A stretch of 64,000 nt of DNA from Eubacteriales bacterium (GCA_051868045.1 JBJDZN010000041.1:13087-77086), one strand, 5' to 3'; shown: positions 18,332 to 28,122, counted from the first letter of the stretch. Translations and numbers: made by a program. Notes: generated by a model not told the origin, from the letters alone.

Positions 18332-19504
18332 ATGAATGCAAAGCCAAATGAAGCGGGCGCAAACGAACTGTCCTCCCTGCGGGAGGAGATCAATCAGATT
18401 GACGACGAGATCTGCCGTCTGTTTGTCAAACGGATGGAGACCTCCCTTGACATCGCCAGGTACAAGAAGGCAAACGGATTGCCGGTACTGGATCCGGTCA
18501 GAGAGCGTCAGGTGCTGAAAAAGGTGTCCGAGCGGGTGGGCGAGGAGTACGAGTCCTATGCACGGATTCTCTATCAGTGCATGATGGACCTGTCCCGCAC
18601 CTATCAGCACGGCTACATGGGAAGTGAAAGCCGGTACGGTGCGACGCTGAACCGTCTGCTGGAATCCACCCCCAAACTGTTCCCCAAGCGGGCAACGGTT
18701 GCCTGCCAGGGCTGTGAGGGTGCCTACTCCCAGATTGCCGCCGAAAAGCTGTTCTCCGCTCCCGACATCAAATATCGGAAAACCTTTGAAGATGTCTTTC
18801 TGTCGGTTGCCGCCGGCGAGTGTGAGTACGGCATCCTGCCCATCGAGAACTCCACGGCAGGCTCGGTCAACGCCATCTACGATCTTTTTGCCAAGTACGG
18901 TGCCAACATCGTCCGCTCGGTCAGAGTCAAGGTGGAACACAGCTTTCTTGCCCTGCCCGGCGCAAAAATGGAGGACATCACCGAAATTTACTCCCATCAG
19001 CAGGCGATCAGCCAGTGTTCCGAATTTTTAAAACGCTTTCCCAATGCCAAAATCATCCCCTTTGAAAACACCGCCACGGCGGCACGGATGGTGGCAAGTT
19101 CGGGCGATCCCGCAAAGGCGGCTCTGTCCTCCGCTCACTGCGCCTCCCTGTACGGGCTGATTCCCCTTGCCGCAGGCGTCCAGAACAGCGACGGCAACTA
19201 TACCCGATTCATCTGCATTTCGTCGGTTCCCCACATCTTCCCCGGTGCCAACCGCACCTCTGTCATGATGATTCTCCCCCACCGTCCCGGTTCCCTGTTC
19301 TCGGTGATGTCCAAAATTCAGGCAGCGGGTGTGAATCTGATCAAGCTGGAGAGCCGTCCCATTCCGGGCAGTGATTTCGGCTTCATGTTCTACTTTGACA
19401 TCGAGGAATCGGTCTACTCCGACGCACTCCCCCGCCTTCTGGACGATCTGGAAGCCAGCGTGGAATATTTCAACTATCTGGGGACCTATCTGGAGCAGAT
19501 CTGA
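18332..19504 (+). CDS. pheA: bifunctional chorismate mutase / prephenate dehydratase (P-protein)
   Basis: N-terminal CM_2-like LREEINQIDDEICRLFVKRM, then a PDT domain (VACQGCEGAYSQ, ENSTAGSV), then an ACT-like C-terminus. Confidence 0.9.
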   Translation: MNAKPNEAGANELSSLREEINQIDDEICRLFVKRMETSLDIARYKKANGLPVLDPVRERQVLKKVSERVGEEYESYARILYQCMMDLSRTYQHGYMGSESRYGATLNRLLESTPKLFPKRATVACQGCEGAYSQIAAEKLFSAPDIKYRKTFEDVFLSVAAGECEYGILPIENSTAGSVNAIYDLFAKYGANIVRSVRVKVEHSFLALPGAKMEDITEIYSHQQAISQCSEFLKRFPNAKIIPFENTATAARMVASSGDPAKAALSSAHCASLYGLIPLAAGVQNSDGNYTRFICISSVPHIFPGANRTSVMMILPHRPGSLFSVMSKIQAAGVNLIKLESRPIPGSDFGFMFYFDIEESVYSDALPRLLDDLEASVEYFNYLGTYLEQI

Positions 19505-19572
19505 TCCCTAATGCTCCGGTTTTGAGAACCGTTTTGTCAATTTTTACAGCATAAGAAAGGGTTGAATCTGTC

Positions 19573-20829
19573 ATGCCAAACTGCGGACTTCTCGGGGAAC
19601 ATCTTCCCCACTCCTTTTCCCCGCAAATTCATCGCCGACTGGGCGATTATTCCTACAATCTGATCGAACTGCCACCCGAGGCAGTGGATGACTTCTTCCG
19701 AAAGCGGGATTTTGATGCCATCAATGTGACCGTTCCCTACAAAAAGGTCGCCTATGCCGCCTGCGACAGTCTGTCCGACACGGCAAGGGAGATCGGCAGC
19801 GTCAATACGGTGGTCAAACGCCCTGACGGCACCCTGTACGGCGACAATACCGACGCCTACGGCTTCGAGCATTTGCTGAAGTCGGCGGGGATTTTGGTTG
19901 CCGGTAAAAACTGCATGGTTTTCGGCACCGGCGGCAGTTCGGTCACCGTCTGCTACGTCCTGAAAAAGCTGGGTGCGGCGGAGGTCAGGGTGATTGCCCA
20001 CAAGGACAACAACAAGGATACCCTTCGTCCCTATTTTGCCGACACCCATGTGATCGTCAACACCACCCCCGTGGGCATGTACCCCAAAAACGGCGTCTCC
20101 CCCGTGGATCTGTCCGATTTCACTGCCCTTTGCGGTGTCGCCGACCTGATTTACAACCCTGCCCGAACAAAGCTGATTCTGGATGCCGAATCCATGGGCA
20201 TCCCTGCCGTGTCGGGACTTCGGATGCTGGTTGCCCAGGGCGTCCGCGCCTACGAGGTCTTCTTTGACACCAAGGCAAGAGAGGGCATCATCGAGGAAAT
20301 TCTCGGCGAGCTGGAGACAGAAGTGCGGAACATCGTGCTGGTGGGAATGCCGGGCTGCGGCAAATCCACCGTGGGACGGATTCTTTCCGAAAAAACCGGT
20401 CGGGAGCTGATTGATCTGGACGATCGGCTGGTTCAGCGGGAGGGCAAATCCATCCCCGACATCTTCGCCGAGGGCGGCGAGAAACTGTTTCGTCGGATCG
20501 AAAGCGAAGTCGTGGAAGAGGTCACCAAGTTGACCGGAAAAATCCTTGCCACCGGCGGCGGAGTGGTCACGATCCCCAAAAACATTCCGAATCTGCGGCA
20601 GAACGGACTGATTTTCTTCATCAACCGACCCCTCTGCCAGCTTGCCACCGACGGGCGTCCCCTGTCCAGGTCAGGAAAGCTCACAGAGATGGCGGAGCGT
20701 CGTCTGCCTCTGTACATAGGGTGTGCGGATTATGAGATTCCCTTTGAAAGCTCTGAGCAGGTTGCAGGTGATATTCTGAAGCTGCTGGAAAGTCGGAAAA
20801 AACATCCGAAAAAGGAGAGAAACCTATGA
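19573..20829 (+). CDS. aroE/aroK: fused shikimate dehydrogenase (N) / shikimate kinase (C)
   Basis: N-half has NVTVPYK, GSVNTV and YGDNTD; C-half has the P-loop LVGMPGCGKSTVGR and GGGVV. Confidence 0.88.
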   Translation: MPNCGLLGEHLPHSFSPQIHRRLGDYSYNLIELPPEAVDDFFRKRDFDAINVTVPYKKVAYAACDSLSDTAREIGSVNTVVKRPDGTLYGDNTDAYGFEHLLKSAGILVAGKNCMVFGTGGSSVTVCYVLKKLGAAEVRVIAHKDNNKDTLRPYFADTHVIVNTTPVGMYPKNGVSPVDLSDFTALCGVADLIYNPARTKLILDAESMGIPAVSGLRMLVAQGVRAYEVFFDTKAREGIIEEILGELETEVRNIVLVGMPGCGKSTVGRILSEKTGRELIDLDDRLVQREGKSIPDIFAEGGEKLFRRIESEVVEEVTKLTGKILATGGGVVTIPKNIPNLRQNGLIFFINRPLCQLATDGRPLSRSGKLTEMAERRLPLYIGCADYEIPFESSEQVAGDILKLLESRKKHPKKERNL

Positions 20830-21248
20830 AAATACTGATCATCAACGGTCCCAATCTCAATTTTTTGGGAGTTCGGGAGCCTGCCATCTACGGAAATCGG
20901 TCCTATGCCGCCCTTCTGGAGTCGCTGAAGAGCTGGGCGGAGGAGCTGGGACTTGAGATCGAGGTCTTTCAATCCAATCACGAGGGTGCGATTGTGGACA
21001 AAATTCAGGACGCATACGGCAAATTTGACGGAATCGTCATCAACCCCGCCGCCTACACCCACACCTCGGTCGCCATTCTGGATGCCCTGAAGACGGTTTC
21101 CATCCCCACGGTGGAGGTTCATCTGTCGGACATCAACACCAGAGAGGCGTTCCGTCAGTTTTCCTATGTGTCGCTGGTCGCAAAGAAGACCATCTGCGGC
21201 AAGGGATTCGACGGTTACCGTGAAGCCCTGGCATACTTTGCCGGATAA
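20826..21248 (+). CDS. aroQ: type II 3-dehydroquinate dehydratase
   Basis: MKILIINGPNLNFLGVREPAIYG, QSNHEGAIVD and INPAAYTHTSVA motifs. ATGA overlap with the preceding gene. Confidence 0.95.
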   Translation: MKILIINGPNLNFLGVREPAIYGNRSYAALLESLKSWAEELGLEIEVFQSNHEGAIVDKIQDAYGKFDGIVINPAAYTHTSVAILDALKTVSIPTVEVHLSDINTREAFRQFSYVSLVAKKTICGKGFDGYREALAYFAG

Positions 21249-21256
21249 AGATCAAT

Positions 21257-21286
21257 CAGGGGGACTTTTGTCAAAAAGTCCCCCTG
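21257..21286. terminator. palindromic hairpin at the end of the aromatic operon
   Basis: CAGGGGGACTTTT gtc AAAAGTCCCCCTG. Confidence 0.6.
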
Positions 21287-21386
21287 ACCCCTAAAAAACC
21301 TTATAAAAGGAAAAAGCATCCCACAAAAGGGTCTGTAGCAAAGGTGCGCCTTTGCTGCAGCCCCTTAAAAACGGACGCTTATTCGT

Positions 21387-21420
21387 CATCCATGCTCCGA
21401 ACTTGTTCGGAGCATGGATG
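21387..21420. terminator. perfect 16-bp hairpin downstream of the metal-exporter gene
   Basis: CATCCATGCTCCGAAC tt GTTCGGAGCATGGATG. Confidence 0.55.
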
Positions 21421-21432
21421 ATGATTCGGCTA

Positions 21433-22395
21433 TCACAGGATTCCGATCACGCCATTGATAACGTATCCCGCCGCAAGTCCCGCCAGAACAACGATTGCCG
21501 TCAGGGCAATGTTCTCCCGAAGGTTCTTGTTCTCCTTGTACAGCACCATGAATCCAAGCCCCGCATTGACGGTCAGTCCCGCCACCACAGAGCCGAGGGT
21601 CAGACCGCCCAGCAGATAGAATTCGGTCAGCACTACGCTGGAGGCGCAGTTGGGAATCAGTCCCACCAGCAGGGCGAGAATCGGCTGGAGCCACAGGCTC
21701 TTCCCCAGAAAATTCACCAGCGTGTCCTCTCCGACCCATGCCACCAGCAACGACATTGCCAGATTGATGAGGAAAAGATACAGAATGATCTTCAGACAGT
21801 GAATCAAGGGGTGCTTCCACTCAAAATGCCCGTCGCCCTCAACGTCGTGATGACAGCATCCGATGGGACCGTGATGCTCCTGAGCGTGACCGTCATGATC
21901 GTCACAGTCATCGTGATCGGGATGTTCGTCATGACCGTGGGGATCCCGGTGATCTCCGTGACCGCTTGTCTCGTCAACACCTGCGGCAGGAACACGCTTC
22001 TTCCAAAGGAGCAGGACGGGATAGCCCACCGCAAGAGCCAGAACAATCTTGATCCCCACCAGCAGAGCCAGGTCCACATAGCGATCGGGATGGGACAGCA
22101 GAATGGGGATTGCCTCATCCGAGGTGGCGATGTAAACCGCCGCCAGTGCGCCCGCCGACAGCGTTCCCTTGGCAAACAACTCAGTGGATGCCACCGAAAA
22201 TCCGCATTGGGGAACCGACCCCAGCAGTGCGCCGAACAGAGGGGACAGCTTTCCCTGAAGAAGCAGGGTTCTGCCCGCCTTTACATAATTTTTATACTCA
22301 ACCCACTCGATCAGCAGATAAACAATCAAAAGAATGGGCAAAACTCTGAGTGCGTCCAGAAGCGCATCCAGAAGACAGTCAAAAAAGACCTGCAT
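21433..22395 (-). CDS. 10-TM putative heavy-metal exporter (ArsP_2 / putative manganese transporter family) with a His/Asp-rich loop
   Basis: LGSVPQCGFS and IPNCASSV paired Cys motifs in two homologous halves. The central loop is HGDHRDPHGHDEHPDHDDCDDHDGHAQEHHGPIGCCHHD. Confidence 0.8.
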   Translation of the reverse strand: MQVFFDCLLDALLDALRVLPILLIVYLLIEWVEYKNYVKAGRTLLLQGKLSPLFGALLGSVPQCGFSVASTELFAKGTLSAGALAAVYIATSDEAIPILLSHPDRYVDLALLVGIKIVLALAVGYPVLLLWKKRVPAAGVDETSGHGDHRDPHGHDEHPDHDDCDDHDGHAQEHHGPIGCCHHDVEGDGHFEWKHPLIHCLKIILYLFLINLAMSLLVAWVGEDTLVNFLGKSLWLQPILALLVGLIPNCASSVVLTEFYLLGGLTLGSVVAGLTVNAGLGFMVLYKENKNLRENIALTAIVVLAGLAAGYVINGVIGIL

Positions 22396-22452
22396 GAATA
22401 AACCTTTCCTTTCCGAGTCCGAGAAAAAGCAAGAAAGCCTCGGTATTGGTTC

Positions 22453-22481
22453 ATCATACCACAGATCAGGGGATTTGTCAA
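22453..22481 (-). promoter_or_regulatory. sigma-70-like promoter candidate for the exporter gene
   Basis: On the minus strand: TTGACA (22481-22476), 17-nt spacer, TATGAT (22458-22453). Confidence 0.5.
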
Positions 22482-22717
22482 GTCAAATTTGAGAAAATGA
22501 TAACATTTCCATGGGAACCGTGAATTCCCGTGGAAATTTGCGTCGAAACCGTCGGCGGAAGTCCTCCGCTTTCTTCATATTCATGGCAATCCCGTCTTTC
22601 CGATAAAATCAATGGGATTTGAAAAAGTTCCTGCCTGCTTTCTGCCCAAAATTCGCCAATCATGCCGGGATTTTTCCGATGCTTAGGTGGAAAATCCCAT
22701 CTTTTTTGCCGAAAAGG

Positions 22718-22746
22718 TTGATTTATTCACAATTATCTGCTATACT
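22718..22746 (+). promoter_or_regulatory. sigma-70-like promoter candidate for the LCP gene
   Basis: TTGATT at 22718-22723, 17-nt spacer ending in TGC, TATACT at 22741-22746. Confidence 0.45.
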
Positions 22747-22888
22747 GAGTTTATCTATTGTCAGAACGCTTATCACTCAAACAACCAAGTATAAAGAAAA
22801 TCGACGAAATCTGCCGATTTCAAAGGATTTTTCGCCTTCATCCGAAACATCATCCTGTATGTCCGAATTCACAGAAAGGAAAATGAAA

Positions 22889-24103
22889 ATGAACGACCAA
22901 ATCTCAACTCCATCCCCCGAAGAAAAGCCGAAAAAGCAGAAGAAAAAGAAACCGCCCCTGAAGAAATCTCAGCTTGCTCTGCGCATTATCCTGATTGTCC
23001 TCGGCGTCCTGATTCTGCTCCTTCTGGCAGCAGGCATCACCCTCTATGCCCTGTTCTCCCACTACTACAACAAGATTGAAATCATAGATCCTTTCGACAC
23101 CAACAGCCCCTACTACTCCGAGGAAGAAATCATCTGGGACATTCCCGATGAAACCGACGATCCCAACGATCTCTTTTATCCCCCCGCCACATCGCCCACG
23201 GGAGGCAATCCCGAAACCGGGGATGCCCCTGCAACAGGCGAGGCTCCCACAACGGGGACGCCGCCGGTAACCGACACGCCGATCACGATTGAGGGTCCTC
23301 CCACCTCCGATGCAGGCTATGTGATGCAGTTTTCGGACAAGGTTCAGAACATCCTTCTGATCGGCACCGACGGGCGTACCGCCACGGAGCGGGGCAGATC
23401 GGACTCCATGATTCTTCTGACCATTAACGAGGAAACCAATCAGATCGTCATGACCTCCCTGATGCGGGACATCTATCTTCACATTCCCGTGGTGGACACC
23501 TACAACCGGATCAATGCCGCCTACGCCTACGGCGGAGTTTCCCTGCTCGCCCAAACCATCGAGGAAAACTTCAAGATTCACATTGATAAGTACGTCCGGA
23601 TCAATTTCACCGGATTTGAGGACGTCGTCGATATTTTGGGCGGGGTTGATGTTCAACTTAATGCCGACGAGATCAAGTTTGTGGGTCTGGAGGGTCAGGC
23701 AACGCCCGGTATCGTCCATCTGACGGGTGCCACTGCCCTGAAATTCTGCCGTTGCCGTTATCTGCCCAGAAACGGACTCAGCGGCGATTTTGCCCGCACG
23801 GCAAGACAGAGAGAGTTCCTGACTCTGATCTCTGACAAACTGAGAACGAAGTCCCTCTTTGAGATCAACGATCTGCTTAACAGCTTCCTTCCGGAAGTCA
23901 CCACCAATCTGACCAAGGATGAGCTGTTGTCCATGCTGATGAAGATCACCACCTACTTCAGCTATGACATCAAGTCCTATTCCCTGCCCATCTCCGGCTC
24001 GTGGCAGTACGCTACCATCCGGGGAATGTCGGTTCTGTCCATCAACTTCAAGAAGAACTACGAAGCATTGGAGAAGATGATCAACGGCACCTACGAATCG
24101 TAA
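22889..24103 (+). CDS. LytR-CpsA-Psr (LCP) family cell-wall polymer ligase
   Basis: TM anchor, Pro/Thr-rich linker, then ILLIGTDGR...RSDSMILLTINEE...MTSLMRDIYL. ATG 22889 (or 22883) follows GAAAGGA; the upstream part of the 22619 ORF has no support. Confidence 0.9.
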   Translation: MNDQISTPSPEEKPKKQKKKKPPLKKSQLALRIILIVLGVLILLLLAAGITLYALFSHYYNKIEIIDPFDTNSPYYSEEEIIWDIPDETDDPNDLFYPPATSPTGGNPETGDAPATGEAPTTGTPPVTDTPITIEGPPTSDAGYVMQFSDKVQNILLIGTDGRTATERGRSDSMILLTINEETNQIVMTSLMRDIYLHIPVVDTYNRINAAYAYGGVSLLAQTIEENFKIHIDKYVRINFTGFEDVVDILGGVDVQLNADEIKFVGLEGQATPGIVHLTGATALKFCRCRYLPRNGLSGDFARTARQREFLTLISDKLRTKSLFEINDLLNSFLPEVTTNLTKDELLSMLMKITTYFSYDIKSYSLPISGSWQYATIRGMSVLSINFKKNYEALEKMINGTYES

Positions 24104-24128
24104 AAATCCTCGATAAAACCGCATATGG

Positions 24129-24176
24129 ACCAAAGGGGCTGCAAAAAAGTGTGCGGACTTTCTTTACAGCCCCTTT
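24129..24176. repeat. long imperfect hairpin containing a short box repeated at 25326
   Basis: CAAAGGGGCTGCAAAAAAGT gtgcgg ACTTTCTTTACAGCCCCTTTG. Confidence 0.5.
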
Positions 24177-24202
24177 GGAACCCCACAAAAGCTTCAAAAT
24201 AG

Positions 24203-24246
24203 AAACAGAGCTGTCACACGGCAAATGGACAGCTCTGTTTGTTTTT
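24203..24246. terminator. bidirectional intrinsic terminator between the LCP gene and pflA
   Basis: AAACAGAGCTGTC acacggcaaatg GACAGCTCTGTTT followed by GTTTTT. Confidence 0.7.
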
Positions 24247-24274
24247 GGATTCATCGTTCGGTATCTTTGCTCCG

Positions 24275-25000
24275 TCAGCCCTTCCATGCCTCATTGACAA
24301 TGGCTTCGATTCTCGGAATTTCCTCTTTAGCAAAGGCAGGCGTATCCCCCAACGGGTAGGCAATGCCCATCTTCTGATACTTGACCTTCCCCATGGTGTG
24401 ATAGGGCAGAAGCTCCAGCTTTTCCACATTGGGATGCGCTTTCAGCCAAAGTCCCAGTTCGGTCAGTTCCTGCTCGTCATCGGTGATTCCGGGAACCACC
24501 ACATGACGGATCCAGACCGGCTTTTGAATCTCCCTCAGATAATCGCCGAACTGCCGGATGGGGGCGGGGTCCCTGCCGGTCAGGCGGAGATGCCCTTCCC
24601 TGTCGGTATGCTTGATGTCCAGCATGACCAGATCGGTGACTTCCATCAGGCGGTCGATTTCCTCCCGGCGATCCTCGTCAAAGCAGATTCCGCAGGTGTC
24701 CAGTACCGTATGGATGCCCTCTGCCTTGGCACGGGCAAAGAGATCGGTGAGAAATGCCATCTGAAGCATGGGTTCCCCACCGGTGGCGGTAATGCCGCCG
24801 GTGGTATAGAAGGGACGGTTGCGGACCAGACGGGCGATCAGATCGGCAGAGTCGGTGTCCTTGCCGTCCGGAAGTTCCCATGTGTCGGGGTTATGGCAAT
24901 AGAGACAGCGCATGGGACAGCCCTGAAAGAAGACCACGAACCGCACTCCGGGACCGTCCACGGTTCCGAAGGTCTCAACCGAATGAATTTTTCCGATCAT
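24275..25000 (-). CDS. pflA: pyruvate formate-lyase activating enzyme (radical SAM)
   Basis: GTVDGPGVRFVVFFQGCPMRCLYCHNPDTW. ATG 25000 (MIGKIHS) has AGGTGA 4 nt upstream, so I prefer it to 25057. Confidence 0.93.
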   Translation of the reverse strand: MIGKIHSVETFGTVDGPGVRFVVFFQGCPMRCLYCHNPDTWELPDGKDTDSADLIARLVRNRPFYTTGGITATGGEPMLQMAFLTDLFARAKAEGIHTVLDTCGICFDEDRREEIDRLMEVTDLVMLDIKHTDREGHLRLTGRDPAPIRQFGDYLREIQKPVWIRHVVVPGITDDEQELTELGLWLKAHPNVEKLELLPYHTMGKVKYQKMGIAYPLGDTPAFAKEEIPRIEAIVNEAWKG

Positions 25001-25370
25001 ACCGTCACCTGCCTGAAAAATTTTGCGGTACCGTCCCGCCTGTGCAGGGCATTTCATCCTTGCCCGATCTTCTTTTTACAGAAGTTTCTGAGGATTGAAG
25101 AGGACTGTAAAAAATGGAAGTACTGTCATTTTGTACAAAAGTTTTCGCCCGCCTTTTTCAAAAGGCGGTGGGGTCGAGGGCGCATAGCCCTCGTCGCACT
25201 CCGCAGAGTGCGAAATTCCCCTCGGCGCTTCTCTTTTTGCTAAGCTTTTTCTCTTGCGCCTTTTGGGTCAAGAGAAAAAGCGGGTGTTGAATTTGTGCAT
25301 TTTGACAGTCCACGATGAAAATTGTGGACTTTTTTTACAGCCCCTTTTTATAGAGCATCAAACGTATTCC

Positions 25371-27602
25371 TTACAGGCTCTCGTGGAAGGTTCTGGAAAT
25401 CACCTCATCCTGCTGTGCTTTGGTCAGCTTGATGAAGTTGACCGCATAGCCGGACACACGGATGGTCAGCTGAGGATAGTTTTCGGGATGCTTCTGGGCA
25501 TCCAGCAGGGTCTCACGGGTGAAGACATTGACGTTCAGGTGATGTCCGCCCTTCTGTGCATAGCCGTCCAGCAGGGCAATCAGATTGTCCTCACGGTTCT
25601 TCTCATCTCTGCCAAGGGCATCGGGAACAATGGAGAAGGTGTTGGAAATGCCGTCCTGTGCAAGCATGAAGGGAATCTTCGCTACCGATGCCAGCGATGC
25701 CACTGCACCGGAGGAATCTCTGCCGTGCATGGGGTTTGCACCGGGAGCAAAAGGCTGACCTGCCTTTCTGCCGTCGGGAGTTGCACCCGTATTCTTACCG
25801 TACATGACGTTGGAGGTGATGGTCAGTACAGAAGTGGTGATGATGCCGCCTCTGTAAGTAGGATTCTCAGACAGATAGCCCATAAACAGGCGGAGAACCT
25901 CTTTTGCCAGGCTGTCCACACGGTCATCATCATTGCCGTACTTGGGATAATCGCCCTCGACGATATAATCCACAACCAGACCCTTCTCGTCACGGACGGT
26001 CTTGACCTTGGCGTACTTGATGGCGGACAGGGAGTCTGCGACCACCGAGAATCCGGCAATACCGGTTGCAAACCATCTCTCAACGTTACGGTCGTGAAGT
26101 GCCATCTGGAGACGCTCGTAGGAGTACTTGTCGTGCATATAATGAATGACGTTCAGTGCGTTGACGTAAACCTTCGCCAGCCACTTCATCATAGCCTTGT
26201 AGCGGGTCATGACCTCGTCAAAATCCAGATACTCGGAGGTAATGGGTCTGCTTTCGGGACCGACCTGAACGCCGGTCATCTCATCCACGCCGCCGTTGAT
26301 GGCATACAGCAGGCACTTGGCAAGATTGGCTCTTGCACCGAAGAACTGCATCTCCTTGCCGATTCGCATGGAGGACACGCAGCAGGCAATGCCGTAGTCG
26401 TCGCCGTGTACGGGACGCATAACGTCGTCGTTCTCATACTGGATTGCCGAGTGCTTGATGGAGGTCTCGGCACAGAAACGCTTGAAGTTTTCAGGGAGCT
26501 TTACCGACCAAAGAATGGTCATATTGGGTTCGGGAGCGGCACCCAGATTGTTCAGGGTGTTCAGATAACGGTAGGACATCTTGGTAACCATATGTCTGCC
26601 GTCCAGCGCAACGCCGCCGATGGATTCGGTAACCCATGTTGGATCGCCTGCGAACAGGTTGTTGTAATCGGGGGTACGGGCAAATTTCACCAGACGGAGC
26701 TTCATGATGAACTGATCCACGAACTCCTGAATTTCCTTCTCGGTGAAGGTGTGATTGATCAGGTCACGGGTCGCATAGATGTCCAGGAAGGTGGAGGTTC
26801 TGCCCAGCGACATTGCCGCACCGTTCTGCTCCTTCACGGCAGCAAGATAGCCGAAATAGAGTGCCTGAATGGCTTCCTGCACGTTGGTTGCAGGCTTCGA
26901 AATATCACAGTCGTAAATCTTTGCCAGTTCCTTGAGAAGTTTCAGCGCACGAACCTGCTCAGCAATTTCCTCACGCTCACGGATGACCGATTCGGTCATG
27001 ACACCGCTGCTGGTATTCTCCATCTGGGATGCCTTATCCTCGATCAGTCGGTCCACACCGTACAGAGCCACTCTGCGGTAGTCGCCGATAATCCGTCCTC
27101 TGCCGTAGGCATCGGGCAGTCCGGTAATAATATGATTGGAGCGGCAAACCCGCATTTCGGGAGTATAGGCATCAAAAACGCCTGCATTGTGGGTCTTTCT
27201 GTGGATCGTGAAGAACTCCTGCATTTCGGGATCAACCGTGTAGCCGTAAGCTGCGCACGCCTGAGTTGCCATACGGATGCCGCCGTAGGGCTGGAAGGCG
27301 CGCTTGAAGGGCTTGTCGGTCTGGAATCCGACAATCTTCTCCTTCTCCTTATCCAGATAACCGGCAGCGTGAGAGGTAATGGTGGATACGGTCCTGGTGT
27401 CCATATCCAGAACGCCGCCCGCCTCTCTCTCCTGCTTGTTCAGCTCCATGACCTGCTTCCAAAGAGCCTTCGTGTCCTCGGTAGGACCTTCCAGAAAAGA
27501 GGCATCTCCGTCATAGGGAGTGTAATTCTTCAGGATAAAATCCCGAACGTTGATTTCACTCTCCCATGCGCCGCCGACAAATCCATTCCATGCGTTTTCC
27601 AT
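25371..27602 (-). CDS. pflB: formate C-acetyltransferase (pyruvate formate-lyase)
   Basis: 743 aa. Active-site GIACCVS (adjacent Cys pair) and the C-terminal glycyl-radical motif [11 protein letters not shown]. Confidence 0.97.
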   Translation of the reverse strand: MENAWNGFVGGAWESEINVRDFILKNYTPYDGDASFLEGPTEDTKALWKQVMELNKQEREAGGVLDMDTRTVSTITSHAAGYLDKEKEKIVGFQTDKPFKRAFQPYGGIRMATQACAAYGYTVDPEMQEFFTIHRKTHNAGVFDAYTPEMRVCRSNHIITGLPDAYGRGRIIGDYRRVALYGVDRLIEDKASQMENTSSGVMTESVIREREEIAEQVRALKLLKELAKIYDCDISKPATNVQEAIQALYFGYLAAVKEQNGAAMSLGRTSTFLDIYATRDLINHTFTEKEIQEFVDQFIMKLRLVKFARTPDYNNLFAGDPTWVTESIGGVALDGRHMVTKMSYRYLNTLNNLGAAPEPNMTILWSVKLPENFKRFCAETSIKHSAIQYENDDVMRPVHGDDYGIACCVSSMRIGKEMQFFGARANLAKCLLYAINGGVDEMTGVQVGPESRPITSEYLDFDEVMTRYKAMMKWLAKVYVNALNVIHYMHDKYSYERLQMALHDRNVERWFATGIAGFSVVADSLSAIKYAKVKTVRDEKGLVVDYIVEGDYPKYGNDDDRVDSLAKEVLRLFMGYLSENPTYRGGIITTSVLTITSNVMYGKNTGATPDGRKAGQPFAPGANPMHGRDSSGAVASLASVAKIPFMLAQDGISNTFSIVPDALGRDEKNREDNLIALLDGYAQKGGHHLNVNVFTRETLLDAQKHPENYPQLTIRVSGYAVNFIKLTKAQQDEVISRTFHESL

Positions 27603-27809
27603 TTTTCATTCCATCCTTTCAAACTTAAAACCATTCTCGACAAAACGGGTTCCTTTCATTCCGTTCTGCCGAATTATGCAATAAAAAAGGCGCAGACATC
27701 CAGGTCTTATGCGGCATATGCCGCAATCAACTGCCCAGACGGTCGGCGCATACAGATCATATTCCCCCGTGGTTCACCACAAATCCGTCAGTCATATGAT
27801 CCTGATAAC

Positions 27810-27839
27810 AGTATAACACATTCATTCCCTTTTTGTCAA
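27810..27839 (-). promoter_or_regulatory. sigma-70-like promoter candidate for pflB (implies a ~200-nt leader)
   Basis: On the minus strand: TTGACA (27839-27834), 18-nt spacer, TATACT (27815-27810). Confidence 0.4.
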
Positions 27840-28007
27840 GGGTCCTTTCTGATTTTTTTGAATTTCGGAGGTTGGCACAAAAACCGGTGATTTTACCGGT
27901 TTTGCTTTGTCAAAAATTCCGGACGTCTCCGCCGTTTCCTGCCAAGTCCGACAGGGCGTTCCATTGCTGTTTTTTTGGGAATCGCTCCAAAATCTTTATT
28001 TTACATC

Positions 28008-28036
28008 TTGCAAAGAGCCGAAAAATATGCTATAAT
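28008..28036 (+). promoter_or_regulatory. sigma-70-like promoter candidate
   Basis: TTGCAA at 28008-28013, 17-nt spacer ending in TGC, TATAAT at 28031-28036. Confidence 0.45.
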
Positions 28037-28122
28037 AGGGTCAGACACCCGGCGGAAATCAAAAATCAGGCAAATTTTTTTCGATTATCCGCCAAAAATC
28101 GGTTATACTAGGAGAGTAAAAC

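Noticed and set aside
25254-27890. 878-aa ORF on the plus strand
   Set aside because: It is exactly antisense to pflB, which has unmistakable PFL motifs including the glycyl-radical site. The translation is low-complexity (G/V/L/H-rich) with no RBS. This is a typical antisense artefact in GC-rich coding DNA.
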